Source of the DNA: Patescibacteria group bacterium
GTDB taxonomy: Bacteria > Patescibacteriota > Microgenomatia > UBA1406 > HO2-37-13b
Assembly (NCBI GenBank): GCA_035289305.1
Contig: DATDXN010000015.1
Location: 1-58,414, forward strand
Direction: 5' to 3'
DNA: 58,414 nt
Position numbers and translations under genes: made by a program
The notes under the pieces: generated by a model
Databases searched by the model: none
The model's input: the letters and a program-made list of their open reading frames with translations, nothing else
What the model was told of the DNA's origin: nothing
In this document: in pieces, positions 19,609-32,883 of the stretch
Position numbering within the stretch: the stretch's first letter is position 1
Layout of the letters: every line of letters starts with the position of its first letter

Positions 19609-21433
19609 ATTGAGGGTATTTTTGAGCATAGTCTTATTTTTCTTCATCATCGTGCCCCACAGCACATACGCTCAAAAATATAAAACGACTTATAATACAG
19701 CATATTTTTTGAAATCCAACGGAGATAGTGATGTAAAACTGGATATAAGCATCGCCAACCTCCAATCAGATGTATATGTAAGGGAATTTACGCTTTCATT
19801 CCCTGCGACCTTCTCAATAGAAAATGTAAAAGCATATGATGAAGCAGGAGACGCAATTGAAACAAAGGTCTCCACTGTAGGTCTGACACTCAAAATCTTA
19901 CTCACTTTTTCCGAACCAGTTATCGGAAAAAACCTTCAAAATAAATTCTATATTACTTTCTTGCAGAAAAATTTATTCAAAACTGCAGGCGTAATGCGCG
20001 AGATTATCTTGCCAACCATGAATAACGTAGAAGAAGTAGACTACTCAATTTCTGTTAATCTGCCGGAAAGCTTTAACAAAGATATATCCATAGCCAAACC
20101 AAAACCAACGTCCATAGATGGAAATAGCATTAAATGGAACAGTGTAAAAACTAAAACAGTATATGCAGTCTTTGGAGATTCTCAATACTACGACTTCAAT
20201 TTCACCTATCATCTCAAAAATGATGAACTTCGCCGCGTTTACTACGATATTGCCTTTCCTCCGGAGACACTGTACCAAAAAGTTTTTATCAATGCGGTAC
20301 GGCCAATACCCGAGAAAATCGCCCTAGATGAGGACGGCAATTACCTTGCGCGCTATACACTCAACATAAAGGAAAGTAAAGATATAAAAATAGAAGGCGC
20401 ACTTGCTATTTTCACAAAACCGCAAGAAGATATGATTGACATTGTGCGCGACACGATCAACACGCAAAAATCGTACCTTTTATCCCCGCATACGTATTGG
20501 AATATAACTTCAAGCGCTGCGGAGAGCGAGATAGCAGAGCTTGCCAACCCACAGGAGATATATTCATATGTCGTCAAAAAGTTGACCTATGATTATAGTA
20601 AGGTCAACGAACCTACATCAAAACGCCTTGGCGCCTCACGGGTCCTTATCGAACCTACAAAAGCCGTGTGTATGGAGTTTACTGACTTATTTATTGGCAT
20701 CATGCGCACGAAGGGGTATTTTGCTCGGGAAATGAACGGCTATGGTTTTTCCCATGATCCGTATCTTCAGCCGCTGTCTTTGGTAGCGGATATTCTTCAC
20801 GCATGGCCTGAATATTACGATACAGCCAAAAATATCTGGGTTCCTGTTGACCCAACGTGGGAAAACACATCAGGGATTGACTATTTTAATGACTTCGACT
20901 TAAATCACATTGTTTTTGCCATTCACGGCAAAGATGACAGCTATCCTTTGGCTGCTGGGATGTACAAAATAGATGAAAAGTCTCGTGATATAGATATCGA
21001 GCCCGCGGCAACACTCCCGACTGAAAACTCGACTGTTTCGGTCGAAACAACAATCAAAAAAGAAATTTCACATAAACAAACATATCAGGCAAAACTTTTC
21101 ATTAAAAACATGGGGAACGTGTTCATCAAAAATGCCACTCTTGAAATGTCTTCATCACTTATTTCCTTTTCACCGCAAAAAATGACCATACCACTTCTTG
21201 CTCCCTTTCAAACAATAGAGAAGAATATCACCTATACTTCCTCGTCCGTATCTGCCGATACTCAAGATACACTTACCGTCAGACTCAACGGAAAACCTGT
21301 CCATACAAAAAGCATCCTTATCGCGCTGTCTTGGCTGAAGATACTATATAGAATAGTGGGTATTTTTGCAGGCATTGTCTTTATCGTTGTTATCTATATC
21401 GTGGTAAATCCTCCATGGAAACGTCGATTGTGA
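19598..21433 (+). CDS. Exported, membrane-anchored transglutaminase-like (Cys-His-Asp) protein
   Basis: Signal peptide, AVCMEFTDLF (Cys), HAWPEYY (His), WVPVDPTW (Asp) and a C-terminal TM helix. Confidence 0.85.
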   Translation: MNAKLRVFLSIVLFFFIIVPHSTYAQKYKTTYNTAYFLKSNGDSDVKLDISIANLQSDVYVREFTLSFPATFSIENVKAYDEAGDAIETKVSTVGLTLKILLTFSEPVIGKNLQNKFYITFLQKNLFKTAGVMREIILPTMNNVEEVDYSISVNLPESFNKDISIAKPKPTSIDGNSIKWNSVKTKTVYAVFGDSQYYDFNFTYHLKNDELRRVYYDIAFPPETLYQKVFINAVRPIPEKIALDEDGNYLARYTLNIKESKDIKIEGALAIFTKPQEDMIDIVRDTINTQKSYLLSPHTYWNITSSAAESEIAELANPQEIYSYVVKKLTYDYSKVNEPTSKRLGASRVLIEPTKAVCMEFTDLFIGIMRTKGYFAREMNGYGFSHDPYLQPLSLVADILHAWPEYYDTAKNIWVPVDPTWENTSGIDYFNDFDLNHIVFAIHGKDDSYPLAAGMYKIDEKSRDIDIEPAATLPTENSTVSVETTIKKEISHKQTYQAKLFIKNMGNVFIKNATLEMSSSLISFSPQKMTIPLLAPFQTIEKNITYTSSSVSADTQDTLTVRLNGKPVHTKSILIALSWLKILYRIVGIFAGIVFIVVIYIVVNPPWKRRL

Positions 21434-22734
21434 TCAAAAGAGATCATCTGGCTACAATTCCACATCAGCCCGGGGTCTATCTTTTTATGCATAGAAATAC
21501 TCCGATATATATTGGCAAAGCAACCCACTTAAAATCACGCATCATATCCCATTTTTATCAAAAAAAGGTAAATCCAAAAGAAAAGCTCATCTTCCAAAAT
21601 ACCGACCATATTCGTGTCATCCCCATGATGTCTGATTTTGAAGCGCTGCTTCTTGAGGCAAAACTAATTAAAAAATACGAACCAAAGTATAATGTCGTTT
21701 GGAAGGATAATAAATCTTACCTCTATATCAAAATCACCATACATGAACAATACCCAAAAATATTTTCTACACGAAAAGAAAACGATGGAGAATCACTCTA
21801 TTTTGGCCCTTTTGGCTCATCGAGAAAAGTAGAAAAACTCATACGAGAACTTCGCAAAATTTCTCCCTTTTGCACACAAAAAAAGATAAGCAAATATCCA
21901 TGCTTTTATTCAAAAATAGGTCTTTGTAGTCCATGCCCCAACAGCGTAGAACAAAAAAGAGATGCAGAACGTGGTTTGTCCAAAAAGATTTACCGTGCAA
22001 ATATCCGGCGCGTCATTACTATCCTGAAAGGAAAAGGAGAAAATGTGCAAAAAGAGTTGGAAAAAAAGATGAACGCATATAAAAAACGCGAGGATTATGA
22101 AGCAGGCATCATGATGCGCGATAAGCTATTTTTCCTCCATGAATTGTTTTCAGAGAAGTCGTTTGATGATGTAGATATATACGAAAACATTGAGAAAAAC
22201 CAAAAAAAACTTTTTGAAGAGACTGCACATTTCCTAAAAAAGGCATTTGATAAAAACATGATTGACAGACAACACATAAAAATTGAATGCTTTGATATTT
22301 CCAATCTTTTTGGTAAAGAAGCAGTGGGTTCTATGGTTACTTTCATCAATGGTATCCCTCAAAAAAATCAATACAGGCGATTTAAAATAAAGACTGTTTC
22401 ACGAATTTCAGACATTCATATGCTCAAGGAAGTGCTTTCAAGGCGTTTCAAAAGAGCTGAATGGGAGTTTCCCCATCTGATCGTTGTCGATGGTGGCGCC
22501 CCACAAGTTCGTGCCGCAGGCGAAGTGTTGCACAGTTTGCATCTTGACATTCCGCTTATTGGTTTTGCAAAAAATCCAGATAGAATCGTCTATCCAAATA
22601 GACATAAGGATTTTTTTTCCACTCAAAAAGATTCCCTTTTCTTTAGAGAGCTTATACGGCTGCGTAACGAGTCACATCGTTTCGCCAAAAAATATCACCT
22701 TTTGATGCGAAAAAAGAAACTAATTCCCATCTAA
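21415..22734 (+). CDS. uvrC: Excinuclease ABC subunit C (short, no HhH tail)
   Basis: GVYLF...IYIGKA (GIY-YIG), IECFDISN and VVDGG (RNase H-like domain). Alternative start GTG 21430 gives a GTGA overlap with the upstream stop. Confidence 0.9.
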   Translation: METSIVIKRDHLATIPHQPGVYLFMHRNTPIYIGKATHLKSRIISHFYQKKVNPKEKLIFQNTDHIRVIPMMSDFEALLLEAKLIKKYEPKYNVVWKDNKSYLYIKITIHEQYPKIFSTRKENDGESLYFGPFGSSRKVEKLIRELRKISPFCTQKKISKYPCFYSKIGLCSPCPNSVEQKRDAERGLSKKIYRANIRRVITILKGKGENVQKELEKKMNAYKKREDYEAGIMMRDKLFFLHELFSEKSFDDVDIYENIEKNQKKLFEETAHFLKKAFDKNMIDRQHIKIECFDISNLFGKEAVGSMVTFINGIPQKNQYRRFKIKTVSRISDIHMLKEVLSRRFKRAEWEFPHLIVVDGGAPQVRAAGEVLHSLHLDIPLIGFAKNPDRIVYPNRHKDFFSTQKDSLFFRELIRLRNESHRFAKKYHLLMRKKKLIPI

Positions 22735-22766
22735 AAACGTGGTATAATTAAAGTAAGGAAGAATCT

Positions 22767-23165
22767 ATGAAAAAAATAACTCGAATGATTGTCTTTTCGG
22801 CCATAAGTTTGTTTATCGTATCATTGCTCATAAAAGGATTTATAGTGAAACAAGAACTTATATCTTTTGTTATCACAACGGTCTCTTTGGCTATTGTATA
22901 TTACCTTGCCACACCGTTTTTGAAATTGGTGCTCTTACCACTCAATATTATCACCGTCGGCCTTGTATCGATTGCGGCATACATCATACTTTTTCATTAT
23001 GTTATTAGCTATTTCAATTTTGTTATAGTCAAGCCCTGGGTCTTTCAGGGATTACAACTGTACTCATTCACGATCCCAAAACTATCCATGAATTATCTTA
23101 CGACACTTATCATTTCATCAATATTGTACGCATTCATTATCAATATACTAGAACTTTTGACATGA
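22767..23165 (+). CDS. Four-TM membrane protein, phage-holin-family/DUF360-like
   Basis: Hydrophobic pattern with PFLKLVLLPLNIITVGL; TGGTATAAT extended -10 at 22740-22748. Confidence 0.7.
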   Translation: MKKITRMIVFSAISLFIVSLLIKGFIVKQELISFVITTVSLAIVYYLATPFLKLVLLPLNIITVGLVSIAAYIILFHYVISYFNFVIVKPWVFQGLQLYSFTIPKLSMNYLTTLIISSILYAFIINILELLT

Positions 23166-23377
23166 AAGACGCATTGCTGATTATCGGAAGCGTTTTGAGC
23201 ATTTTTATTGTATTGCTCATACTCATTCAAGGAAGAGGTGCAGGCCTTGGGAGCGCGTGGGGAGGAGGAGGTGAACTCTTTCAAACAAGACGTGGAATCG
23301 AAAAATGGACTTTGTGGCTGACCGTTATTTTTATAGTTATCTTATTCATTGTTTCTGTAGCAAAACTTTTACTATGA
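23162..23377 (+). CDS. secG: Preprotein translocase subunit SecG
   Basis: LILIQGRGAGLGSAWGG...TRRGIEK motif with two TM segments. Confidence 0.92.
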   Translation: MKDALLIIGSVLSIFIVLLILIQGRGAGLGSAWGGGGELFQTRRGIEKWTLWLTVIFIVILFIVSVAKLLL

Positions 23378-23381
23378 GTGT

Positions 23382-24728
23382 ATGTATAAAAAGATACGAT
23401 ATTACTATTGGTTGATATTCTCTTTTCTCAAAAAAAACTTTAAACTTCTCTTTTTAAACTTCGTCATTGGTTTCTTTCTTGTTATCCTATTTGCCAGTTT
23501 TTTTCCATTGGTGAACTCATTCATTTTTTCAAAAGTTGAAAAAATAGGAGTGGTTGGAACCTATGATCTCACCAATTTACCGGGAGAAATACAGGAGGCA
23601 ATATCCAATCCCCTTCTATCGTTAAGTGACAAAGGGGAAATCACGCCTGTTCTTATTTCCTCATATGAAATCCTTGATGGTAATAAAATCTATCGCCTTC
23701 GCCTCAAGTCAGATATTCGCTGGTCAGACGGAGAAAAATTCACTGCTTATGATATCAATCTCAATTTTAAAGGGATAGAAACAAAAGTCATCGACGAGAC
23801 GACGATAGAATTTAGATTAAAACAGCCGCTTTCTATTTTTCCAATATATCTGACCAAGCCGCTTATTAAAGATGAAAAAATTGGTGTTGCGGGATTATAC
23901 ACGTTTGGCGAATATAAACTTCAGGAAGGCCATTTGGTAAACGTACAACTTTACCCACAAAAAAAGACCTTTCCGAAACGGAGTTATCACTTTTATGATA
24001 CGGAAAACAAGCTTATCAATGCGTACAAAAAAGGCAGTGTAAATTTTATACGCACGCCAAAGGTAAAAATTGTAGAACAATTTTCGCCATGGAAAAACAC
24101 AACCATCACAAAAGAGGTAAATTATCGACAAATGATGACTCTTTTTTTTGATACAAAAAAAGATGTACTTTCGTCAAAGGAGACTCGTGAGGCCATTGTG
24201 TGGTCAGTGCCCTATTTTGAGGAGTATGGAGAACGGGCAAAAGGGCCAATACCACCCTTTTCATGGGCGTATTTTAAGGATCTTAAATCATATACACCAA
24301 ATCCTCTCAAAACAAAAGATTTTTTCAAAAAAGACTCAAGTGATGAAAAACGTACAGAACTCAACTTTTATACGTTTTACGATTATCTTGAGGTAGCGGA
24401 GCAGATAAAGAAAAATCTGGAGGGGGCGGGACTCACAATTAATCTTAAAGTGCTTTCGTACCTTCCACAAGACTTTGATCTGCTTTTGACGGTATGGAAT
24501 CCACCGCCTGATCCAGATCAGTATTACTTCTGGCACTCCACCCAAAGGACAGGAAATATCACCAACTATAAAAACGTCAGAGTCGATAAACTACTTGAGG
24601 ATGGGCGAAAAACTCTGAATGTCGATGATAGGCGAAAGATATATATAGAATTTCAAAAAAACATCGTCCAGGACCTTCCCGCTCATTTCATGTACTATCC
24701 GTATGTATATACGATACGGAAGAAATGA
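23382..24728 (+). CDS. ABC transporter substrate-binding protein, family 5 (peptide/nickel-like)
   Basis: N-terminal TM anchor, RWSDGEKFTAYD, DPDQYYFWHS and VDKLLEDGR motifs. Confidence 0.85.
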   Translation: MYKKIRYYYWLIFSFLKKNFKLLFLNFVIGFFLVILFASFFPLVNSFIFSKVEKIGVVGTYDLTNLPGEIQEAISNPLLSLSDKGEITPVLISSYEILDGNKIYRLRLKSDIRWSDGEKFTAYDINLNFKGIETKVIDETTIEFRLKQPLSIFPIYLTKPLIKDEKIGVAGLYTFGEYKLQEGHLVNVQLYPQKKTFPKRSYHFYDTENKLINAYKKGSVNFIRTPKVKIVEQFSPWKNTTITKEVNYRQMMTLFFDTKKDVLSSKETREAIVWSVPYFEEYGERAKGPIPPFSWAYFKDLKSYTPNPLKTKDFFKKDSSDEKRTELNFYTFYDYLEVAEQIKKNLEGAGLTINLKVLSYLPQDFDLLLTVWNPPPDPDQYYFWHSTQRTGNITNYKNVRVDKLLEDGRKTLNVDDRRKIYIEFQKNIVQDLPAHFMYYPYVYTIRKK

Positions 24729-24751
24729 TATAATTCTAATGTGTGTAAGCC

Positions 24752-24837
24752 GCCGCGGTGGTGGAACTGGCAGACACGCAGGACTTAAAATTCTGTAGCC
24801 TTTACCGGCTGTGAGGGTTCGACTCCCTCCCGCGGCA
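24752..24837 (+). tRNA. tRNA-Leu(TAA)
   Basis: Acceptor gccgcgg/ccgcggc, anticodon arm cagga-cttaaaa-ttctg, long variable arm, GTTCGA T-loop. Confidence 0.95.
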
Positions 24838-24920
24838 CACATAAGTCGTTAGTCTTGCGTCATGTGTCGTGAGACCTTTATCAATTTGATACAATATAAG
24901 ATAAGAGTCGTAGCTGTTTT

Positions 24921-24993
24921 GCCTGCTTAGCTCAGTGGCTAGAGCAGCTGTTTTGTAAACAGCAGGTCGTCAGTTCGAATCTGACAGCAGGCT
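24921..24993 (+). tRNA. tRNA-Thr(TGT)
   Basis: Acceptor gcctgct/agcaggc, anticodon arm gctgt-tttgtaa-acagc. Confidence 0.95.
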
Positions 24994-25083
24994 CAAAACA
25001 GTCGTTAGACGTTCGTCTTGAGTATTTAGTCTTGAATCAACCTAGGTCTAATGACAATTGACAAAAGACTAACGACGAATATC

Positions 25084-25156
25084 GCGCTCGTAGCTTAACG
25101 GATAGAGCAATTCCCTTCTAAGGAATAGGTTGCGCGTTCGATTCGCGCCGAGCGCA
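25084..25156 (+). tRNA. tRNA-Arg(TCT)
   Basis: Acceptor gcgctcg/cgagcgc, anticodon arm attcc-cttctaa-ggaat. Confidence 0.95.
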
Positions 25157-25230
25157 CATTTTAAAAAGTACCTGATAGCTTTTCACCTCGGAGGTGCAAT
25201 GAATATAACACCTTGGGGTAAAAAGAAACC

Positions 25231-25626
25231 ATGAAAAAACAAAAGCCACAAATAGTAGTGCTGGCAATTATACAAGATGGTGATCGGTTTCTGTTGACGA
25301 AGCGAAATGACCCAAATCCTCGCATTCATGGTAGGTGGCAGTTACCGGGTGGGAGAGTGGAGTTTGGAGAGCATCCGGAACAAGCAGTCGTTCGCGAAAT
25401 GCAGGAGGAACTGGGAATACTCGTGGACATTCAACGTTTCATCCCCCACATATTTCACAAAATTGACAAAAATTGGCACGGTGTATTTTTAAGCTACGTG
25501 TGCAAAGCACAAAATAAAACAATAGTTCTCAATGAAGAAGCGCACGATTTCAGATGGATGAGCCGTGAAGAGATACAAAAAATAGATACTCTTGGACCTG
25601 TTTTTGAACTCCTTACAAAGATTTAA
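25231..25626 (+). CDS. NUDIX hydrolase
   Basis: Nudix box GGRVEFGEHPEQAVVREMQEELG. Confidence 0.9.
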   Translation: MKKQKPQIVVLAIIQDGDRFLLTKRNDPNPRIHGRWQLPGGRVEFGEHPEQAVVREMQEELGILVDIQRFIPHIFHKIDKNWHGVFLSYVCKAQNKTIVLNEEAHDFRWMSREEIQKIDTLGPVFELLTKI

Positions 25627-26089
25627 ATGAGATGATTTCTCCGACCTGCAAATCCAAGCGCTTCACTTGTCCAGCCGAGAGCTCAATTGCTTTATCAAAC
25701 AAATACGGAGAAGAAAATGCCTGCGGATATGTGCCCGGTTCTACATTGTTTAAAACTGCTACAACAGTATTTCCGTTCATGAAGATGAAATCAAGCGAAA
25801 ACTGCATATCTTTCATCCAGAAAAAGTAGTAATCGGGTTTGGAAAAGGTAAAAAGCATGCCTTCGGTATCTTTTATTTTCGAAAGTTGAGATAGTCCTTT
25901 ATTCTTTTTTTCTTCACTGTCAGCGATAAAAAGCGTAAAAGATTTGTTTTTTATTTTTACGCCAATAATTTTATACTCCTTTAAAGGAGAAATGATAACA
26001 CGATATCTATTCAATGAGAGAAAGCTCAAAAAGAATAAAAAAATAATGCAAAAAGAAATAAAAATATGTTTCTTCTTCATAGAAGACAT
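25613..26089 (-). CDS. DUF192-family protein
   Basis: N-terminal TM, GMLFTF, FWMKDMQFSLD and IELSAG motifs. Confidence 0.85.
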   Translation of the reverse strand: MSSMKKKHIFISFCIIFLFFLSFLSLNRYRVIISPLKEYKIIGVKIKNKSFTLFIADSEEKKNKGLSQLSKIKDTEGMLFTFSKPDYYFFWMKDMQFSLDFIFMNGNTVVAVLNNVEPGTYPQAFSSPYLFDKAIELSAGQVKRLDLQVGEIISFKSL

Positions 26090-26106
26090 TACTGAAATAA
26101 ACTCCT

Positions 26107-29053
<2,947 letters not shown>

Positions 29054-29137
29054 AAGAAAGAAGCATTTAATAATGCTTCAAAAAAATAAAACTTATGCGA
29101 TCTACCTAAAAAAATACACCGTTTTGTCAAAGTGCAG

Positions 29138-29210
29138 TGGACCCAAGGAGATTTGAACTCCCAACCTCCGGTATGCAAAACCGGCGCGCTAGCCATTGCG
29201 CCATGGGCCC
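29138..29210 (-). tRNA. tRNA-Ala(TGC)
   Basis: Acceptor gggccca/tgggtcc, anticodon arm ccggt-tttgcat-accgg. Confidence 0.95.
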
Positions 29211-29352
29211 TATTATATATGGCTTTTAGATATTAAAATAAAAAGCTGATAGCTCTAAGCTATTAGCTAACGAGGCTGTTAGGAGAAGAAGTGTAGTCAA
29301 CTCCAATAGTGCCTTTTAGACTCTTGGTTTCGGACACATCATAACAATTCCA

Positions 29353-29381
29353 ATACTAACAAAATCATCCTCAAAAGTCAA
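29353..29381 (-). promoter_or_regulatory. Promoter of the tRNA-Ala/23S unit, TTGACT-N17-TAGTAT
   Basis: Near-consensus hexamers with 17-bp spacing, about 140 nt upstream of tRNA-Ala. Confidence 0.7.
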
Positions 29382-29449
29382 CAGTTTTTGCTATTTTCAT
29401 TTGGAGCTTTACGACCAACGAATTTAATTTATTAAATAATTAAAGTCGA
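29381..29449 (-). repeat. 69-bp dispersed intergenic element, copy B
   Basis: Gapless 54/69 match to 5066-5134; abuts the -35 box of the rRNA promoter. Confidence 0.8.
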
Positions 29450-29501
29450 TTCATTTGACCTTTCTTAATAAGCTTTTTAACGAGAAGTGTATATATTCAG
29501 T

Positions 29502-30167
29502 TTACGATGTAATTTGTTTCCTATCCTCTCTGTCAAGACGTATCGCCGTATGAATAAGCTCGGGAATAAGAATAATCAGAAAACACAAGACAATAACCCA
29601 ACCGATGATATCCAACAATGTCATAGCGGTGAAAACAACAAAAAATTCTGGGTTTCCAGTGAAAAGCAGTATTAAGTTGATGAGAAACAAACTTATGCGG
29701 GCTTCTGTGGGGCCAACGTTTTGGATGGAAAATTCAAAAATTTTATATACTTTTGCCTTTAAAAATACATGGATCATCGAAAGGAGCATACATGAAAGCA
29801 CCCATACCCATGACGTCGTGTACGTCAAGGTTGATGCAGTAATACCCCCTATCACAATCGCAACGGAGAGGGAATCAAGAATATGGTCAACATAATAACC
29901 ATAATGCGGACGTGTTTTTTTGCGATAGCGGGCAATTCGACCGTCTAGACTATCTGCCCACCAGTGAAGGATGAGGCAGAGATTGATAAGTAGGAGCAAC
30001 AGATTGTTTTTTGAAACGAAAATATACAATATGCCGGCTAAAATAGAGGCAAGAATCGCCAGGGCTGTCAACATATCAGGGCTTACCCATGCTGGAATGC
30101 GTCGCACCATCCAGTCGAGAATCTTTACCTCAATACGCGCAGTGAAGGAAAAATTAATCCGTTTCAT
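29502..30167 (-). CDS. CDP-alcohol phosphatidyltransferase
   Basis: DSLDGRIAR...YGYYVDHILD family signature with multiple TM helices. Confidence 0.9.
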   Translation of the reverse strand: MKRINFSFTARIEVKILDWMVRRIPAWVSPDMLTALAILASILAGILYIFVSKNNLLLLLINLCLILHWWADSLDGRIARYRKKTRPHYGYYVDHILDSLSVAIVIGGITASTLTYTTSWVWVLSCMLLSMIHVFLKAKVYKIFEFSIQNVGPTEARISLFLINLILLFTGNPEFFVVFTAMTLLDIIGWVIVLCFLIILIPELIHTAIRLDREDRKQITS

Positions 30168-30177
30168 AGAAGATGTT

Positions 30178-30605
30178 TTATCTTAACACATGTGGCTTTT
30201 TGGCGCGAAGAGACAGTAGTTTTGCCTCAATGAGGGACCTTCGCAGTAACCCTAATGCATGGTGTCTCTCCTGTATGGTTTTGCTTTCGGCAAGCAGTTT
30301 TTGAGCCTGTTCCTGCGCCTTTTTGACCGCTGCCTCATCAAGTTCATCTTGTCCGTATGCTGATGAAACTAAAAGATGCACACGCCTTCCATCTGTTTCG
30401 ATATACCCTCCGCCTATCCCAAACAATTCTTCTTCATCTTCCTTTTTCGCCACCACTACTCCTTCTTTCAGCAAGGAAAAAAGGCGGACATGATGGGGAA
30501 GTATGGTGATGATCCCTTCCACCGTCGGGGCGGTAACAGACATAATTTCTTCCTTGAGTGCTATTTTTTTTGGTGTAATGATCTCTAGTGTGAGCTTCGA
30601 TTGCA

Positions 30606-30606
<1 letters not shown>
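30178..30606 (-). CDS. atpC: ATP synthase epsilon subunit
   Basis: GIITILPHH and GGGYIE motifs; operon position. Confidence 0.92.
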
Positions 30607-31982
<1,376 letters not shown>

Positions 31983-32867
31983 TTAGTGTATTTCTGTTGA
32001 TTCCTTTGCAGAAATCATGTCAAGAAGTTCACTGGTAATTGTTTCTTGCCTTAGTTTATTGCGCAGAATCGTCAATGTATATACTACTTCCTGTGCGTTA
32101 TCAGTAGCATTTTTCATGGCAATCATACGAGATGAATGTTCTGATGCTTCACTTTGGAGAATTGCCATGCGTATTTTCTCGCGCAAAAAATCATCAATCA
32201 GAGGATCAATGAGCTCTTGCACAGATGGCTCAAATAGATATTCGCTTTCTTTTTCCTCTTGGTCTGTAGTACCTGTACCAATAATCATTTTTATATCAGT
32301 AATAGGTAATAACTCAACAATAACAGGATCTATCTTGAACGTAGAAATAAAATGATTGTAGGCGAGAAATACACGGCCATACGTACCATTTAGAAATCCA
32401 TCTTTTACCAATGAAAAAATAGCATTTGTCGCGTCGGAAAAAGGAGTCGTAGAAGAGAAATCAGCGATAATATTTTTTCTCATATGCATAATAAACTCTG
32501 CACCCTTTTTCCCAATTGTTATAAATGCTACATCCTTATCCTTTTTCTGCATTGTTTTTTGAAACAAAATTCTCTCCAAGTTAAAATTAAACCCTCCACA
32601 GAGACCCTTATTTGATGCAATGAGAATATAGATCTCTTTTCCCACTCCCTGATTGCGTGCATTATGTAAATACCGTGAGGCAGTTAAATCAACCCGAGTG
32701 AGAATGCGTTTGAGAATTCTCTCAAGTGTGGTGCGGTAATATGTACCTTCAAGCGCTTGTGCTTGTGCTTTTTTCATTTTTATCGCTGACATCATTTGCA
32801 TCGCACGCGTAATTTTGGATATGTTTTGTACTGTTCTTATCTTTTTTCTTACTTTCTTAAAATTCAT
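31983..32867 (-). CDS. atpG: ATP synthase gamma subunit
   Basis: KITRAMQMMSA, GLCGGFN and RQETITSEL motifs; start MNFKK at 32867. Confidence 0.95.
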   Translation of the reverse strand: MNFKKVRKKIRTVQNISKITRAMQMMSAIKMKKAQAQALEGTYYRTTLERILKRILTRVDLTASRYLHNARNQGVGKEIYILIASNKGLCGGFNFNLERILFQKTMQKKDKDVAFITIGKKGAEFIMHMRKNIIADFSSTTPFSDATNAIFSLVKDGFLNGTYGRVFLAYNHFISTFKIDPVIVELLPITDIKMIIGTGTTDQEEKESEYLFEPSVQELIDPLIDDFLREKIRMAILQSEASEHSSRMIAMKNATDNAQEVVYTLTILRNKLRQETITSELLDMISAKESTEIH

Positions 32868-32883
32868 ATGTTTTTTCTTCTTT

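Noticed and set aside
22767-23165. Holin-family gene as evidence of a prophage
   Set aside because: It is embedded in a housekeeping unit with secG and has no endolysin or phage neighbours; this family is common outside phages.
29211-29500. Hidden 5S rRNA or a 16S 3' remnant upstream of tRNA-Ala
   Set aside because: No 5S motifs and no GATCACCTCCT anti-SD tail.
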